Below are positions 10,689 to 23,112 of a stretch of DNA of 64,000 bases, piece after piece. Position 1 is the first letter of the stretch. Each line of letters starts with the position of its first letter. A program made the position numbers and the translations under genes. This DNA comes from Alphaproteobacteria bacterium. Its GTDB lineage: Bacteria > Pseudomonadota > Alphaproteobacteria > CALKHQ01. Location of the stretch: assembly GCA_965227515.1 (NCBI GenBank), contig CBDDFZ010000001.1:2336001-2400000 (forward strand). Direction: 5' to 3'. The notes under the pieces are model-generated. The model did no database searches. It was given only the letters and a program-made list of their open reading frames with translations, and was not told where the DNA came from.

Positions 10689-11620
10689 ACACGCTTCGTG
10701 TCACCGAACGCGCCGACCCGTCGCTGGACGCGCCCGACCGCATTCTGCCGGCCGAGTTGTGGGACAATGTCCGCCCGGCCCAGAGCAGCAACGCCCTGCT
10801 CGCGATGCTGGCCGGCCATCACCGGCTCAGCCGCAAGGTCGAGGCCTACACGCGGTTCGGCGTGTTTGGCCTGCTTGCCGTGATCACGCTCGCCAGCATC
10901 GCCTACATCGTGCACTTCGATGTGCTTGGCCGGTTCCAGCGCCAGATGGCCGAGGTCGGCAACCGGGTCGGCGATCACGCCGGGCTCGATGTCGCCGAGG
11001 TCTTCATCAGCGGCCGCACCTACACCGATGCCGCGGCCTTGCGCGCCGCCGCCAATATCATGCGCGGCGACCCGATCCTGGACGTGGACCTGGATGCCGT
11101 GCGCAGCCGTGTCGAGCGCTTGAGCTGGGTGAAGACCGCCGAGGTCGAGCGCCAGCTGCCCGATGTGATCCGCATCCACATCGTCGAGCGCACGCCGTTC
11201 GCGCTGTGGCAGCGCAATCGCCGGCTGAGCCTGGTCGACGACGAGGGCGTGGTGCTGGCGTCGACCAACAACGGCCAGTTCACCGACCTGCCGGTGGTGA
11301 TCGGCGACGAGGCGCCACGCGCCGCCGCCTCCCTGTTCGCGGTGCTGGCCAGCGAGCCGGACCTGTCGGCCAGGGTCGAGGCCGCGCAGCTGCTGAACGG
11401 CCGGCGCTGGAACCTCTATCTCGACAACGGCATCGAAGTGCGGCTGCCTGCCGACGCGCCCGAAGGCGCCTGGATCCGCCTGGGCACCCTGGAGCGCGAC
11501 CACCAGATCCTGGCCCGCGACATCGTTGCCATCGACCTGCGCCTGGACGACCGGCTGGTGGTCGAACTGCCCGACACCGCACTGCGCCCGGCCGGCGTGG
11601 TCGCGCAAAGTGACATCTGA
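10685..11620 (+). CDS. ftsQ: cell division protein FtsQ
   Basis: Single TM then POTRA-like region (WVKTAEVERQLPD), C-terminal IDLR; lies between ddl and ftsA. Confidence 0.92.
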   Translation: MNTLRVTERADPSLDAPDRILPAELWDNVRPAQSSNALLAMLAGHHRLSRKVEAYTRFGVFGLLAVITLASIAYIVHFDVLGRFQRQMAEVGNRVGDHAGLDVAEVFISGRTYTDAAALRAAANIMRGDPILDVDLDAVRSRVERLSWVKTAEVERQLPDVIRIHIVERTPFALWQRNRRLSLVDDEGVVLASTNNGQFTDLPVVIGDEAPRAAASLFAVLASEPDLSARVEAAQLLNGRRWNLYLDNGIEVRLPADAPEGAWIRLGTLERDHQILARDIVAIDLRLDDRLVVELPDTALRPAGVVAQSDI

Positions 11621-11640
11621 GCCATGAGGAACGACACACC

Positions 11641-12876
11641 ATGCGCGATGGATTGATCGCCGCACTCGACATTGGCTCCAGCAAGGTCTGTTGCCTGATC
11701 GCCGTCGCCGAGAACGACGCGCCGCCGCGCGTCATCGGCATCGGCCACCAGGTCTCCAATGGCGTGCGCAACGGCATGATCATTGACATGGACGCCGCGA
11801 CCCAGGCGGTCGTCGGCGCGGTCCATGCCGCCGAGCAGATGGCCGGCGAGACGGTGGACTCCGTCGTCGTCGCGCTGACCGGAGCACCGCCGGTGTCCTC
11901 GGTGGTGGAGGCCGAGGCGGCCATCGCCGGCGAGCAGATCACCGACCACGACGTGCGCCACGTGCTGGCGCAGGGCCGGGGGATGGCGGCGCAGGACGAG
12001 CACACGCTGTTGCACGCGATCCCGCTGACCTACGGGATCGACGGCCAGTTCGGCATCCGCGACCCGCGCGGCATGTTCGCCGGCAGCTTGTCGGTGCAGA
12101 TGCACCTGGTCAGTGCCGCGATGCCGGCCGTGCGCACCCTGCAGACCTGCGTGCGCCGCGCCCATCTGGGCATCGACAGCCCGGTCGCCGCCGGCTATGC
12201 GGCCGGCCTCGCCTGCCTGGTGGAGGACGAGCGCGACCTTGGCGTGACGGTGCTGGACATGGGCGCCGGGCGCACCTCGATCGGCGTGTTCTTCGATGGC
12301 GCCCTGGTGTTCGCCGATACCGTGCCGGTCGGTGGCGGGCACGTGACCAACGATATCGCGCGCGGGCTGTCGACGCCGCTGTCGCAAGCGGAGCGGATGA
12401 AGACGCTCTACGCCTCGGCCCTGCCGGCGCCCGCCGACGCGCAGGAAGTGATCGACGTGCCCCAGGTCGGCGAGAACGGCCGCCGCGACGCCCAGCAGGT
12501 GCCGCGCTCGATCCTGTCGACCATCGTCCAGCCCCGGCTGGAGGAAACCTTCGAGCTGGTCCGCGACCGGCTGGAGCAGAACGGGCTCGCCAAGTCGGCC
12601 GGCCGCCGTGTCGTGCTGACCGGCGGCGCCAGCCAGCTTCAGGGCGTGCGCGAGCTCGCCGGCCTGATCCTCGACCGCCAGGTCCGCATCGGCCAGCCGA
12701 TCGGCATCGCCGGTCTGGCGGAATCGACCGGCGGCCCGGCGTTCGCGCAGTGCGCGGGCCTGGTGCTCTACGCCGTGCGGGCCAGCCGCGAGCCCTCGCT
12801 GCAGGTCGTGACCAAGCCGAAGCCCGCCGGGCTGCTCGGCCGGGTCGGCCACTGGGTGAAGGAGAGTTTCTCGTGA
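11641..12876 (+). CDS. ftsA: cell division protein FtsA
   Basis: [32 protein letters not shown]-terminal amphipathic helix. Confidence 0.96.
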   Translation: MRDGLIAALDIGSSKVCCLIAVAENDAPPRVIGIGHQVSNGVRNGMIIDMDAATQAVVGAVHAAEQMAGETVDSVVVALTGAPPVSSVVEAEAAIAGEQITDHDVRHVLAQGRGMAAQDEHTLLHAIPLTYGIDGQFGIRDPRGMFAGSLSVQMHLVSAAMPAVRTLQTCVRRAHLGIDSPVAAGYAAGLACLVEDERDLGVTVLDMGAGRTSIGVFFDGALVFADTVPVGGGHVTNDIARGLSTPLSQAERMKTLYASALPAPADAQEVIDVPQVGENGRRDAQQVPRSILSTIVQPRLEETFELVRDRLEQNGLAKSAGRRVVLTGGASQLQGVRELAGLILDRQVRIGQPIGIAGLAESTGGPAFAQCAGLVLYAVRASREPSLQVVTKPKPAGLLGRVGHWVKESFS

Positions 12877-13000
12877 ACCGCGCCCGCACCGTTCGCATCC
12901 ATACGACCGACTGGCTTGTCGCTCGCCAGCCGGCCACCCAACCCGAGCGGCAGAGCCAGAACAACACAATAGAAATCGGCACAGAAAATCGGAGCATGCC

Positions 13001-14776
13001 ATGACGCTTAACCTGAGCATCGAACAGTCACAGCCCGAACTACGGCCGCATATCCTGGTCATCGGCGTCGGTGGCGCCGGCTGCAACGCGGTGAACAACA
13101 TGATCCGCTCCGAACTCGGCGGGGTGGACTTCATGGTCTGCAACACCGACGCGCAGTCACTGGCCAGCACGCTCTGCGACACCGCCATCCAGATCGGGCC
13201 GAACATCACCCAGGGCCTGGGCGCGGGCGCGCAGCCGGAGATCGGCCGCGCGGCGGCGGAAGAGGACCTGGACACCATCCTGTCGCACCTGTCGGAAACC
13301 CACATGGTGTTCATCACCGCCGGCATGGGCGGCGGCACCGGCACCGGGGCGGCGCCGGTTCTGGCCCGCGCCATCCGTGAGCGCGGCATCCTGACCGTCG
13401 GCGTGGTGACCAAGCCGTTCCATTTCGAGGGGCAGCAGCGCATGCGGCTGGCCGAGCAGGGCATCGAGGAGCTGCAGCACTACGTCGACACCCTGATCGT
13501 GATCCCGAACCAGAACCTGTTCCGGGTCGCCAACGAGAAGACCACGTTCGCCGATGCCTTCAACATGGCCGACGAGGTGCTGCACTGCGGCGTGCGCGGC
13601 GTGACCGACCTGATGGTGATGCCGGGCCTGATCAACCTGGACTTCGCCGACATCCGCACCGTGATGGGCGAGATGGGCAAGGCGATGATGGGCACCGGCG
13701 AGGCCGACGGCGAGAAGCGCGCGGTGGACGCGGCCGAGGCGGCGATCTCCAACCCGCTGCTCGACGACGTGTCGATGAAGGGCGCGCGCGGCGTGCTGAT
13801 CAACATCTCCGGCGGCGGCGACATGACCCTCTACGAGGTCGACGAGGCGTGTAATCGCATCCGCGAGGAAGTGGATCCCGACGCCAACATCATCTTTGGC
13901 GCCACCTTCGACGACACCCTGCAGGGCCGCATGCGGGTTTCCGTCGTCTCCACCGGCATCGACGCGGCGGACAATGTGATGCCGCAGCCGCGTGTGCTGA
14001 GCCTGGCGACCCAGAACGGTCGGCCGGTGCCCGGCGAGGAGATCGACGACAGCGCGGACGAGCCGGAGGAGGTCGCGACCACGGCGGAGGACGATTTCGC
14101 CGCCGATATCGCATCGGCGCTCGATAACGCGCTTGGCCAGTCGGGCGGTGCCGCGCCGTCTCCTGCGGCGGCGCCCGCCATGGGCCGCGCGGCCACGATG
14201 GCGGCGCCCGCTGCCGCCCCGGCCACCGCGCCAGGCAACACACGGGTGCCGTTGCGTGCGTCGGCTCCCGGCGGCATGGCGCCCCACGGCATGGCACCCA
14301 CCTCTGGCCGTCCGATGACGACGGCACCGATCTCCACTGCGGCCACGGCGGAAGTGCTGCCGGAGCCGGAGATGCAGCCGGAACTGGCGGCCAAGGGCGC
14401 GGAAGATGCGTTCATCGCGCCGCGCCCGGCCGAGCCGGCCACCCGCCGGCCGGCGATGGCGGCACCGGCTCCTGCCGATGCCGGCGACAAGGCGAAGGCG
14501 AAGAGCCGCGGCCCCAGCCTGTTCGAGCGGATGACCGGGACCGGTCGCGCCCGTGGCGGCAACGAGGCGGCCGAGGATCAGGCGCCCGCCGCGGCACAGC
14601 CCGCGCCGCAGCCGGCCCCGCAGGAACCCCGGATGGCGGCACCGCGTCCGGCGGCCCCGGCGCCCGCTCCGGCCCCGGCACCGGCCGAGCCGGCGCGTCC
14701 GGCCGGGCAGAATGCGCAAAGTGCGCAGGATGAGTTGCTGGATATCCCGGCGTTCCTGCGCCGTCAGGCCAACTGA
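13001..14776 (+). CDS. ftsZ: cell division protein FtsZ with long Pro/Ala linker
   Basis: GGGTGTG, NLDFAD, C-terminal [12 protein letters not shown]. Confidence 0.98.
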   Translation: MTLNLSIEQSQPELRPHILVIGVGGAGCNAVNNMIRSELGGVDFMVCNTDAQSLASTLCDTAIQIGPNITQGLGAGAQPEIGRAAAEEDLDTILSHLSETHMVFITAGMGGGTGTGAAPVLARAIRERGILTVGVVTKPFHFEGQQRMRLAEQGIEELQHYVDTLIVIPNQNLFRVANEKTTFADAFNMADEVLHCGVRGVTDLMVMPGLINLDFADIRTVMGEMGKAMMGTGEADGEKRAVDAAEAAISNPLLDDVSMKGARGVLINISGGGDMTLYEVDEACNRIREEVDPDANIIFGATFDDTLQGRMRVSVVSTGIDAADNVMPQPRVLSLATQNGRPVPGEEIDDSADEPEEVATTAEDDFAADIASALDNALGQSGGAAPSPAAAPAMGRAATMAAPAAAPATAPGNTRVPLRASAPGGMAPHGMAPTSGRPMTTAPISTAATAEVLPEPEMQPELAAKGAEDAFIAPRPAEPATRRPAMAAPAPADAGDKAKAKSRGPSLFERMTGTGRARGGNEAAEDQAPAAAQPAPQPAPQEPRMAAPRPAAPAPAPAPAPAEPARPAGQNAQSAQDELLDIPAFLRRQAN

Positions 14777-14820
14777 GCGCCTGCCTGACTGACTGCCGAT
14801 CCGATTTTCTGTTGCCTGTG

Positions 14821-14852
14821 CCCCGGCGGTGCCACCGCCGGGGTCTTTTTTT
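14821..14852 (+). terminator. intrinsic terminator after ftsZ
   Basis: CCCCGGCGGT-gcc-ACCGCCGGGG followed by TCTTTTTTT. Confidence 0.9.
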
Positions 14853-14879
14853 GCCCAAGGCGATTTTCGCTGGCGCTGA

Positions 14880-14962
14880 AGTCGGTACCAGCCCGCGCCC
14901 ACACCCGGCCCCCCAACGATAGTATGCTGTCCGGGCGGCCGGGAGGGGGTGTGGGCCGGCGC
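14880..14962. repeat. palindromic element, diverged inverted copy of 59859-59941
   Basis: Roughly 80% identical by eye to the reverse complement of 59859-59941; GC stem with loop CAACGAyAGTAT. Confidence 0.75.
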
Positions 14963-14981
14963 CGAACAATCGCAAGGCGGC

Positions 14982-15083
14982 TTAAGAAAAGTGTAATAAT
15001 TTCAAATGGTTGGAGCGTAACAAACGGAAACAATGATTGATTTGGGTGATGGCGGCGGCGCAACTAGGTTAACGGCCGTGTAA
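14982..15083 (+). promoter_or_regulatory. two CtrA-like boxes (TTAA-N7-GTAA) upstream of lpxC
   Basis: TTAAgaaaagtGTAA at 14982-14996 and TTAAcggccgtGTAA at 15069-15083, each one mismatch from TTAA-N7-TTAA. Confidence 0.5.
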
Positions 15084-15147
15084 TCCAGCCTGCCTGTGCG
15101 GGCGCGATTGCCGAGTGCCGACAAGGAACGACCGAGGCAAGACGCCA

Positions 15148-16137
15148 ATGCAGACCACCACGCCGTCACGGCTCAGCGCCAGTCACGCCAACGGAGGCAG
15201 CCCTCTGCCCCGGTCCCGTGGCGGTTTCGAGGTTGGCCCGCAGCGCACGCTGAAGAATTCGATCAGTTGCAGTGGCATCACGCTTCACTCCGGCGACAAG
15301 GTCACGATGACCCTGCACCCCGCGCCGGAGGATCATGGCATCGTGTTCCGGCGCACCGATATCGCCGGCCTCGGCCGGTTGATCCCGGCGCAGTGGAACC
15401 TGGTGGTCGAGACCATGCTGTGTTCCACGCTGGGCAATGAGGACAATATCCGGGTTGCCACGGTTGAGCACCTGATGGCCGCTTTGGCCGGTGCCGGCAT
15501 CGACAATGCGCTGATCGAGATCAATGGGCCGGAAGTGCCCATCATGGACGGCAGCGCTGCTCCCTTCGTTTTCCTGATCGAATGCGCCGGCGTCGCCGAG
15601 CAGGCGAAGGCACGGCGTGTGCTGGAAGTGCTGCGCCCGGTGCAGGTGCGCGACGGCCGCAGCTTGGCCCGGCTGACCCCGGCCGCCGAGTGGACCGTCG
15701 AGTGCGAGATCGAGTTCGACTCCAAGGTGATCGGCCGTCAGGTCGGCGCCAGCAGCGTCGAGGCCTGGATGTTCCGGTCCGAGATCGCGCGTGCCCGCAC
15801 CTTCGGCTTCCACCAGGACGTGGTGCAGTTGCTGGAAAGCGGCCTGATCAAGGGCGGGTCCCTGGACAACGCCGTCGTCGTCAGCGGCGACAAGGTGATG
15901 AACGAGGGCGGCCTTCGGTTCGAGGACGAGTTCGTGCGCCACAAGATTCTGGACGCGATCGGCGACCTCTACCTGGCCGGCGGACCGCTGCGTGCCGCCT
16001 ATCGCGGCGTGCGCCCCGGCCACCACATCAACAACCTGCTGCTGCGGGCGTTGATGGCCGATACGTCGGCGTGGCGGTGGACCAGCGAGCCGGCCAATCT
16101 GGACGCGTTGGAGCGCCTGGAGCGTATCGCGGTCTGA
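15148..16137 (+). CDS. lpxC: UDP-3-O-acyl-GlcNAc deacetylase
   Basis: QRTLK, TVEHLMAA, PIMDGSA, ARTFGF, HKILDAIGDL. Confidence 0.96.
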   Translation: MQTTTPSRLSASHANGGSPLPRSRGGFEVGPQRTLKNSISCSGITLHSGDKVTMTLHPAPEDHGIVFRRTDIAGLGRLIPAQWNLVVETMLCSTLGNEDNIRVATVEHLMAALAGAGIDNALIEINGPEVPIMDGSAAPFVFLIECAGVAEQAKARRVLEVLRPVQVRDGRSLARLTPAAEWTVECEIEFDSKVIGRQVGASSVEAWMFRSEIARARTFGFHQDVVQLLESGLIKGGSLDNAVVVSGDKVMNEGGLRFEDEFVRHKILDAIGDLYLAGGPLRAAYRGVRPGHHINNLLLRALMADTSAWRWTSEPANLDALERLERIAV

Positions 16138-16305
16138 ATTGCCGCCTGCGGTGCCGCGCACACTGTTCAGCGCCGCCCCGGACTGCTATCTATTCCATGC
16201 AAAGATGACGCGTCGCGCCGCGATTGGCGGTGTGGGGACCCTTCGGCCGTTAGCCGGGGCGGCGACGCGACACAGGCAGGCAATCATGTTTCGCAGGTTG
16301 GTGGG

Positions 16306-17112
16306 ATGATACGCACAACACTGGCGGCGCTGCTGGTTCTGGGGCTGGCGGCATGCGAGTCGACCGACGACGACGTCTATGTCGAGCGCCCGGTCGAGGA
16401 TCTCTACAACACCGCGCTCGACAGCATGGCTGTGGGCGAACTGGAAGAAGCCCGCGACGCGTTCGAGGAAGTCGACCGCCAACACCCCTATTCGGTGTGG
16501 GCGACCAAGGCGCAGTTGATGGCGGCGTTCGCCAGCTACCAGCGTGGCGAATATGAGGACGCGGTGGCGGCCCTGGAGCGGTTCATCGAGCTGCATCCGG
16601 GCAATCCCGACACGGCGTATGCGTACTACCTGAAGGCGCTGTCCTATTACGAGCAGATCGTCGACGTCCGCCGTGACCAGCGCATCACCGAGCTGGCGCT
16701 GCAGTCGCTGGACGACGTGGTCACGCGCTATCCCGACACCGATTATGCCCGCGACGCCCAGTTCAAGATCGACCTTGCGCTCGACCACCTGGCCGGCAAG
16801 GAGATGGAGATCGGGCGCTACTACCTACGCCGCGACCACTACACCGCCGCGATCAATCGCTTCCGGGTGGTAGTGCAGGATTTCGGCACCACCAGCCACG
16901 TGCCGGAGGCGCTGCACCGCATCGCCGAGGCATACACGGCACTGGGCCTGGAGGGCGAGGCCGCGCAAGTGGCGGCGGTGCTGGGCCACAACTTCCCGGG
17001 CAGCGTCTGGTACATGGACTCCTACGAGCTGGTCGAAGGCGTCGAGGTCGAGGGCAATGAGGACAAGTACGACGGGCTGACCGGCATCTCCTGGCTCGAC
17101 GACATCTTCTGA
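16306..17112 (+). CDS. bamD: outer membrane protein assembly lipoprotein BamD
   Basis: Lipobox LAAC; TPR-like HPYSVWA, HLAGKEMEIGRYY, AAINRF; lpxC-bamD-recN-ligA order. Confidence 0.94.
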   Translation: MIRTTLAALLVLGLAACESTDDDVYVERPVEDLYNTALDSMAVGELEEARDAFEEVDRQHPYSVWATKAQLMAAFASYQRGEYEDAVAALERFIELHPGNPDTAYAYYLKALSYYEQIVDVRRDQRITELALQSLDDVVTRYPDTDYARDAQFKIDLALDHLAGKEMEIGRYYLRRDHYTAAINRFRVVVQDFGTTSHVPEALHRIAEAYTALGLEGEAAQVAAVLGHNFPGSVWYMDSYELVEGVEVEGNEDKYDGLTGISWLDDIF

Positions 17113-17135
17113 TCCTCATCCTGAAAAGGCTGTAG

Positions 17136-18827
17136 ATGCTGCGGTCCCTCTCGATCCGCAATGTGGTTCTGATCGAGCGGCTCGAGTTGGCGTTCGAGCC
17201 TGGGCTGTGCGTGCTGACCGGCGAGACCGGGGCCGGCAAATCCATCCTTCTGGACTCGTTGGGCCTGGCGCTGGGCGGCCGGGCCGAGCCCGGTTTGGTG
17301 CGCGCCGGCCAAGCCCAAGCGGTTGTCGCCGCCGCGTTCGAGGTCGGCCACAACCACCCCGCCCGTGCCTATCTGCAGGAGCAGGGCCTGGACAGCGACG
17401 ACGACGACGTCATCGTGCTCCGGCGCCAACTCTCCAGCGACGGCCGCAGCCGCGGCTTCGTCAACGACACGCCGTCCAGTGCCCGCACCATGCGCGCGGT
17501 GGCGGCGTTCCTGATCGAGGTGCAGGGCCAGTTCGAGAGCCACGGCCTGCTCGACGCCAATGTGCACCGCGAAATGCTGGATGCCTTCGGGGAGGCGGCA
17601 CCGGCGGCGGCGGTGGTGGCATCGGCGCACGCCGCCCTGCGCGCGGCCGAGAAGCACCGGGACGAGATCGCCGCGCAGGCGCGCGACCTTGGCGCGCAGC
17701 GTGAGTTCCTGGTCCACGCCGTCGAGGAGTTCGATGGCCTTGCGCCGGAGGATGGCGAGGTCGCGCGGCTGGCGGACGAGCGCAATGCGCTGGTCCATCA
17801 GGAGCAGATCATCACCTCGCTCAGCGAGGCCATGGCCATGCTGGATGGCGACGGCGACGGTGCGGCCGGCGTTGCCGACAACGCGCGCGCCGCCCTCGGC
17901 CGGCTCGACCGGGCGGTCGCTCTCAGCGGCGATCGCCTGCGCTCGGTGGTCGAGGCGTTGGAACTGGCGGTGGTCCATGCCGAGGAGGCGGTGGCCGAAA
18001 TCAGGACCGCCGGCAGTGCGCTGGAAGCCGAGCCCGACCGGCTGGCCGCCGTCGACGACCGGTTGCATGCGTTGCAGGGGCTGGCCCGCAAGCACGGTGT
18101 CGAGGCCGATGCGTTGCCGGCGTTGGGCGTGCGGTTGCGGGCGGAACTGGACGACATCGAGAACATGGATGCCAGGGTCGCGGCAGCCGCCCATGCGGTG
18201 GAGGAGGCGCGGCAGGCGTTCGATGCCGCGTGCGGCGTGCTGAGCGCGCAACGGGCGACGGCGGCCGAGGCCCTGGCCGAGCAGATCAACGCCGAGCTGC
18301 CGGCCTTGCGGCTGGCCGATGCCGCGTTCCGCGTCGACCTGGTGCTGCGCGCGCCGGAGGACTGGTCGCAGCATGGTGCGGAGACGGTCGCGTTCGTCGC
18401 CCGCACCAACCCAGGGTCCGCGTTCGGTCCGTTGCACAAGGTGGCCTCGGGCGGCGAGTTGGCGCGCTTCCTGTTGGCGCTGAAGGTGGTGCTGGCGGGC
18501 GGCCAGGCGGTGCCGAGCCTGATCTTCGACGAGGTCGACAGCGGCGTCGGCGGCGCCACGGCGGCGGCGGTCGGCGAGCGGCTGGCCCGGCTGGCCAACG
18601 ACGTGCAAATGCTGGTGGTGACCCACTCGCCGCAGGTGGCGGCGCGGGGTGCGCATCACTGGCTGGTCGCCAAGTCGGCCAACGACGGCGAGACGGTGAC
18701 CGCGGTCCGCCGCCTCGACGATGGCGAGCGGCGCGAGGAGATCGCGCGCATGCTGTCGGCGGCGGAGATCACCGACGAGGCGCGGGCGGCGGCCGAGCGG
18801 CTGCTGGAGCCCGGCCGTGCGGCCTGA
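17136..18827 (+). CDS. recN: DNA repair protein RecN
   Basis: TGETGAGKS, ASGGELAR, FDEVDSGVGG, VTHSPQVAA. Confidence 0.96.
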   Translation: MLRSLSIRNVVLIERLELAFEPGLCVLTGETGAGKSILLDSLGLALGGRAEPGLVRAGQAQAVVAAAFEVGHNHPARAYLQEQGLDSDDDDVIVLRRQLSSDGRSRGFVNDTPSSARTMRAVAAFLIEVQGQFESHGLLDANVHREMLDAFGEAAPAAAVVASAHAALRAAEKHRDEIAAQARDLGAQREFLVHAVEEFDGLAPEDGEVARLADERNALVHQEQIITSLSEAMAMLDGDGDGAAGVADNARAALGRLDRAVALSGDRLRSVVEALELAVVHAEEAVAEIRTAGSALEAEPDRLAAVDDRLHALQGLARKHGVEADALPALGVRLRAELDDIENMDARVAAAAHAVEEARQAFDAACGVLSAQRATAAEALAEQINAELPALRLADAAFRVDLVLRAPEDWSQHGAETVAFVARTNPGSAFGPLHKVASGGELARFLLALKVVLAGGQAVPSLIFDEVDSGVGGATAAAVGERLARLANDVQMLVVTHSPQVAARGAHHWLVAKSANDGETVTAVRRLDDGERREEIARMLSAAEITDEARAAAERLLEPGRAA

Positions 18828-20978
<2,151 letters not shown>

Positions 20979-21011
20979 GCCGCCGAGATCGCACAATGGG
21001 GGGCAAACCGA

Positions 21012-21548
21012 ATGATATCCGCAAGAATTGCCGCAATGGCGCTAGCCGTGCCGCTGTTTTTGGCGGCGGGCACAGCCCAGGCCGAGGATGTGATCACCGA
21101 TGAGCAACTGGTCGGCCTGATCGCGGAGCGCCTGATCGAGGCCGATGCGATCATGGAGTTCGACGATCCGGACTTCGCGCCGATGCCTGTCGGCCTGGTC
21201 GCCCAGCAATTGGTGTCGCCGCAGATGATCGCGTTCCGCGCCTTCGACTGCGCCGATCGCTTCGAGCGGCGATCGCCCGACTATCGCCAGTGTGCCGATC
21301 GCCAGGTGGAAGCGAAGATCGACTTCAGCGAATTGCAGATCATCGTGATCGGCGAGGGCCGGCTGTCCGACCTGGATCATGAAGCGGCGATCTTCTTTGT
21401 CGGCGAGCCGGAGCGGCTGTGCTGCTACTTCGTGACCGAGGCGCTGGGCATGCCGCACGTGCATGACAGCGCGAGGCTGCTGATGTCGGCCGACGCGGCC
21501 GAACGGGTCCTGCCGCTGCTGGAGGACTTCGCCGAGCGGCACAAATAA
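21012..21548 (+). CDS. hypothetical exported protein
   Basis: Signal peptide ending AQA-E; host-like codon usage; no family recognised. Confidence 0.7.
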   Translation: MISARIAAMALAVPLFLAAGTAQAEDVITDEQLVGLIAERLIEADAIMEFDDPDFAPMPVGLVAQQLVSPQMIAFRAFDCADRFERRSPDYRQCADRQVEAKIDFSELQIIVIGEGRLSDLDHEAAIFFVGEPERLCCYFVTEALGMPHVHDSARLLMSADAAERVLPLLEDFAERHK

Positions 21549-21564
21549 CGCGCCACCGGCCGCG

Positions 21565-22143
21565 TCACGCACCCAGGATGGCGCCGGCCATGGTGTCGAC
21601 TGCCGCGTCCTGATCCAGCCCTGCTCCGCGCACCAGCGTGCGCCAGGTATGGAAGCTCAGCGCCAGGTGCAGCATCGCCGCTTGCCGCGTGTCCAGACCG
21701 GCGCCGAGAACTTCGTGATAGGCGGCGAAGTACGGGCCTATCCTGAGCTGTGTCACTTCACGGGTGAGCGCGTGGTTCTCGGCGTCGCGCAAGACGCACG
21801 CGTTGAGTTGCTCTCCGCGCGCGAACCAAGTGTAAATCTCGCCGAGCGCGGTGCGTAGGCGGCTATCGAGCGCGTTGATCTCGGTCCAGGGCTTGGCGTC
21901 AGGCGGCGGGTCGCGCTCGCTTGCCAGCCCGGAGCAAGCCATCAGCAGGCTGCGCTCGTCCGGGAAGTGCGCATAGAGGGTGTTGCGCTGCACCCCGGCC
22001 CGCTCGGCCACCATGCTGAGCGACGTGCGGGCCGGGCCGACGGTGCCGTGCAAGTCGATCGCCGCCTCGACGATGCGCTGCCGCGTTTCGGCCTGTTTTT
22101 CCGCGCGGCGCTTCAAGGTGTATGGACGGGGAGGCATTTTCAC
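21565..22143 (-). CDS. TetR family transcriptional regulator
   Basis: N-terminal HTH (TSLSMVAERAGVQRNTLYAHFP). Confidence 0.9.
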   Translation of the reverse strand: MKMPPRPYTLKRRAEKQAETRQRIVEAAIDLHGTVGPARTSLSMVAERAGVQRNTLYAHFPDERSLLMACSGLASERDPPPDAKPWTEINALDSRLRTALGEIYTWFARGEQLNACVLRDAENHALTREVTQLRIGPYFAAYHEVLGAGLDTRQAAMLHLALSFHTWRTLVRGAGLDQDAAVDTMAGAILGA

Positions 22144-22248
22144 TACACACCACTGCGCAATGATATTGACATCGCGTTTTCACTGCACATATATGTCTCG
22201 CGAAATTGCGCATTGTCCAGCCCTGAGACTCGGCAAGTGGAAAGCACC

Positions 22249-22992
22249 ATGGAAACCCGCACTGACGAAATCGCCGACGGCATATTCCGGCTCTCGACCT
22301 TCGTGTCCGAGGTGGCACCGCCCGCAGGCTTCACCTTCAACCAGTTCCTGGTGCTGGGTGACGAGCCGCTGCTGTTCCACACCGGACCCCGGCGGATGTT
22401 TCCGCTGGTGCGCGACGCGGTGGCGCGAGTCATAGCGCCGGAGCGGCTGCGTTGGATCACCTTCGGCCATGTCGAGGCGGACGAGTGCGGCGCGATGAAC
22501 GAATGGCTTGCGGCAGCGCCGCGTGCCGAGGTCGCGCACGGGCGCGTCGGCTGCGAGGTGTCCGTGAATGACATGTCGGACCGACCGCCACGAGCGTTGG
22601 CCGATGGCGAGATCATCGACCTCGGCGGGGCCAGGTGGGTGCGCTACATTGAGACCCCGCATACCCCGCATGGCTGGGACGCAGGCCTGATGTTCGAGGA
22701 AACGACCGGCACGCTGTTCTGCGGCGACCTGTTCACTCAACTCGGTGACCGCGCCGCCGTGGTGGAGGACGATATCGTCGGTCCAGCGATCCAGGCCGAG
22801 GACATGATCCAGTACTCCGCCCTCAATCCGAACATGGGCGCGACCATCCGCCGGCTGGCGGACTTCAAGCCACGCACCCTGGCGCTGATGCACGGCCCGT
22901 CATACGCCGGCGACGGTGCGGTGGCTTTGAGTGCGCTGGCCGACGATTACGACCGCCGTGTCGCCGCGCGACCGGCCTTGGCTGTCGCCTGA
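22249..22992 (+). CDS. MBL-fold metallo-hydrolase (stand-alone flavodiiron-N-terminal-like)
   Basis: HVEADE, HTPH, CGDLF and MHG metal-ligand pattern. Confidence 0.82.
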   Translation: METRTDEIADGIFRLSTFVSEVAPPAGFTFNQFLVLGDEPLLFHTGPRRMFPLVRDAVARVIAPERLRWITFGHVEADECGAMNEWLAAAPRAEVAHGRVGCEVSVNDMSDRPPRALADGEIIDLGGARWVRYIETPHTPHGWDAGLMFEETTGTLFCGDLFTQLGDRAAVVEDDIVGPAIQAEDMIQYSALNPNMGATIRRLADFKPRTLALMHGPSYAGDGAVALSALADDYDRRVAARPALAVA

Positions 22993-23112
22993 GCTGCCTG
23001 AGCTGCTGCGGCCCCTCACGCCCGAAGCTGCGTCGCGGCGCGGCGGAGCCGGCTCGTAGTTTGGCGGGCTGGGTTGGCGCCGGCTGGCAAGGCGCCGGCT
23101 GTGAAGGCGCGT

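Noticed and set aside
13960-14740. Very long Pro/Ala-rich low-complexity region in FtsZ
   Set aside because: Long C-terminal linkers are normal for alphaproteobacterial FtsZ.
22988-23112. Short direct repeats (CCTGAGCTG x2, GGCGCCGGCTG x2) between convergent genes
   Set aside because: Too short and GC-rich to distinguish from chance.
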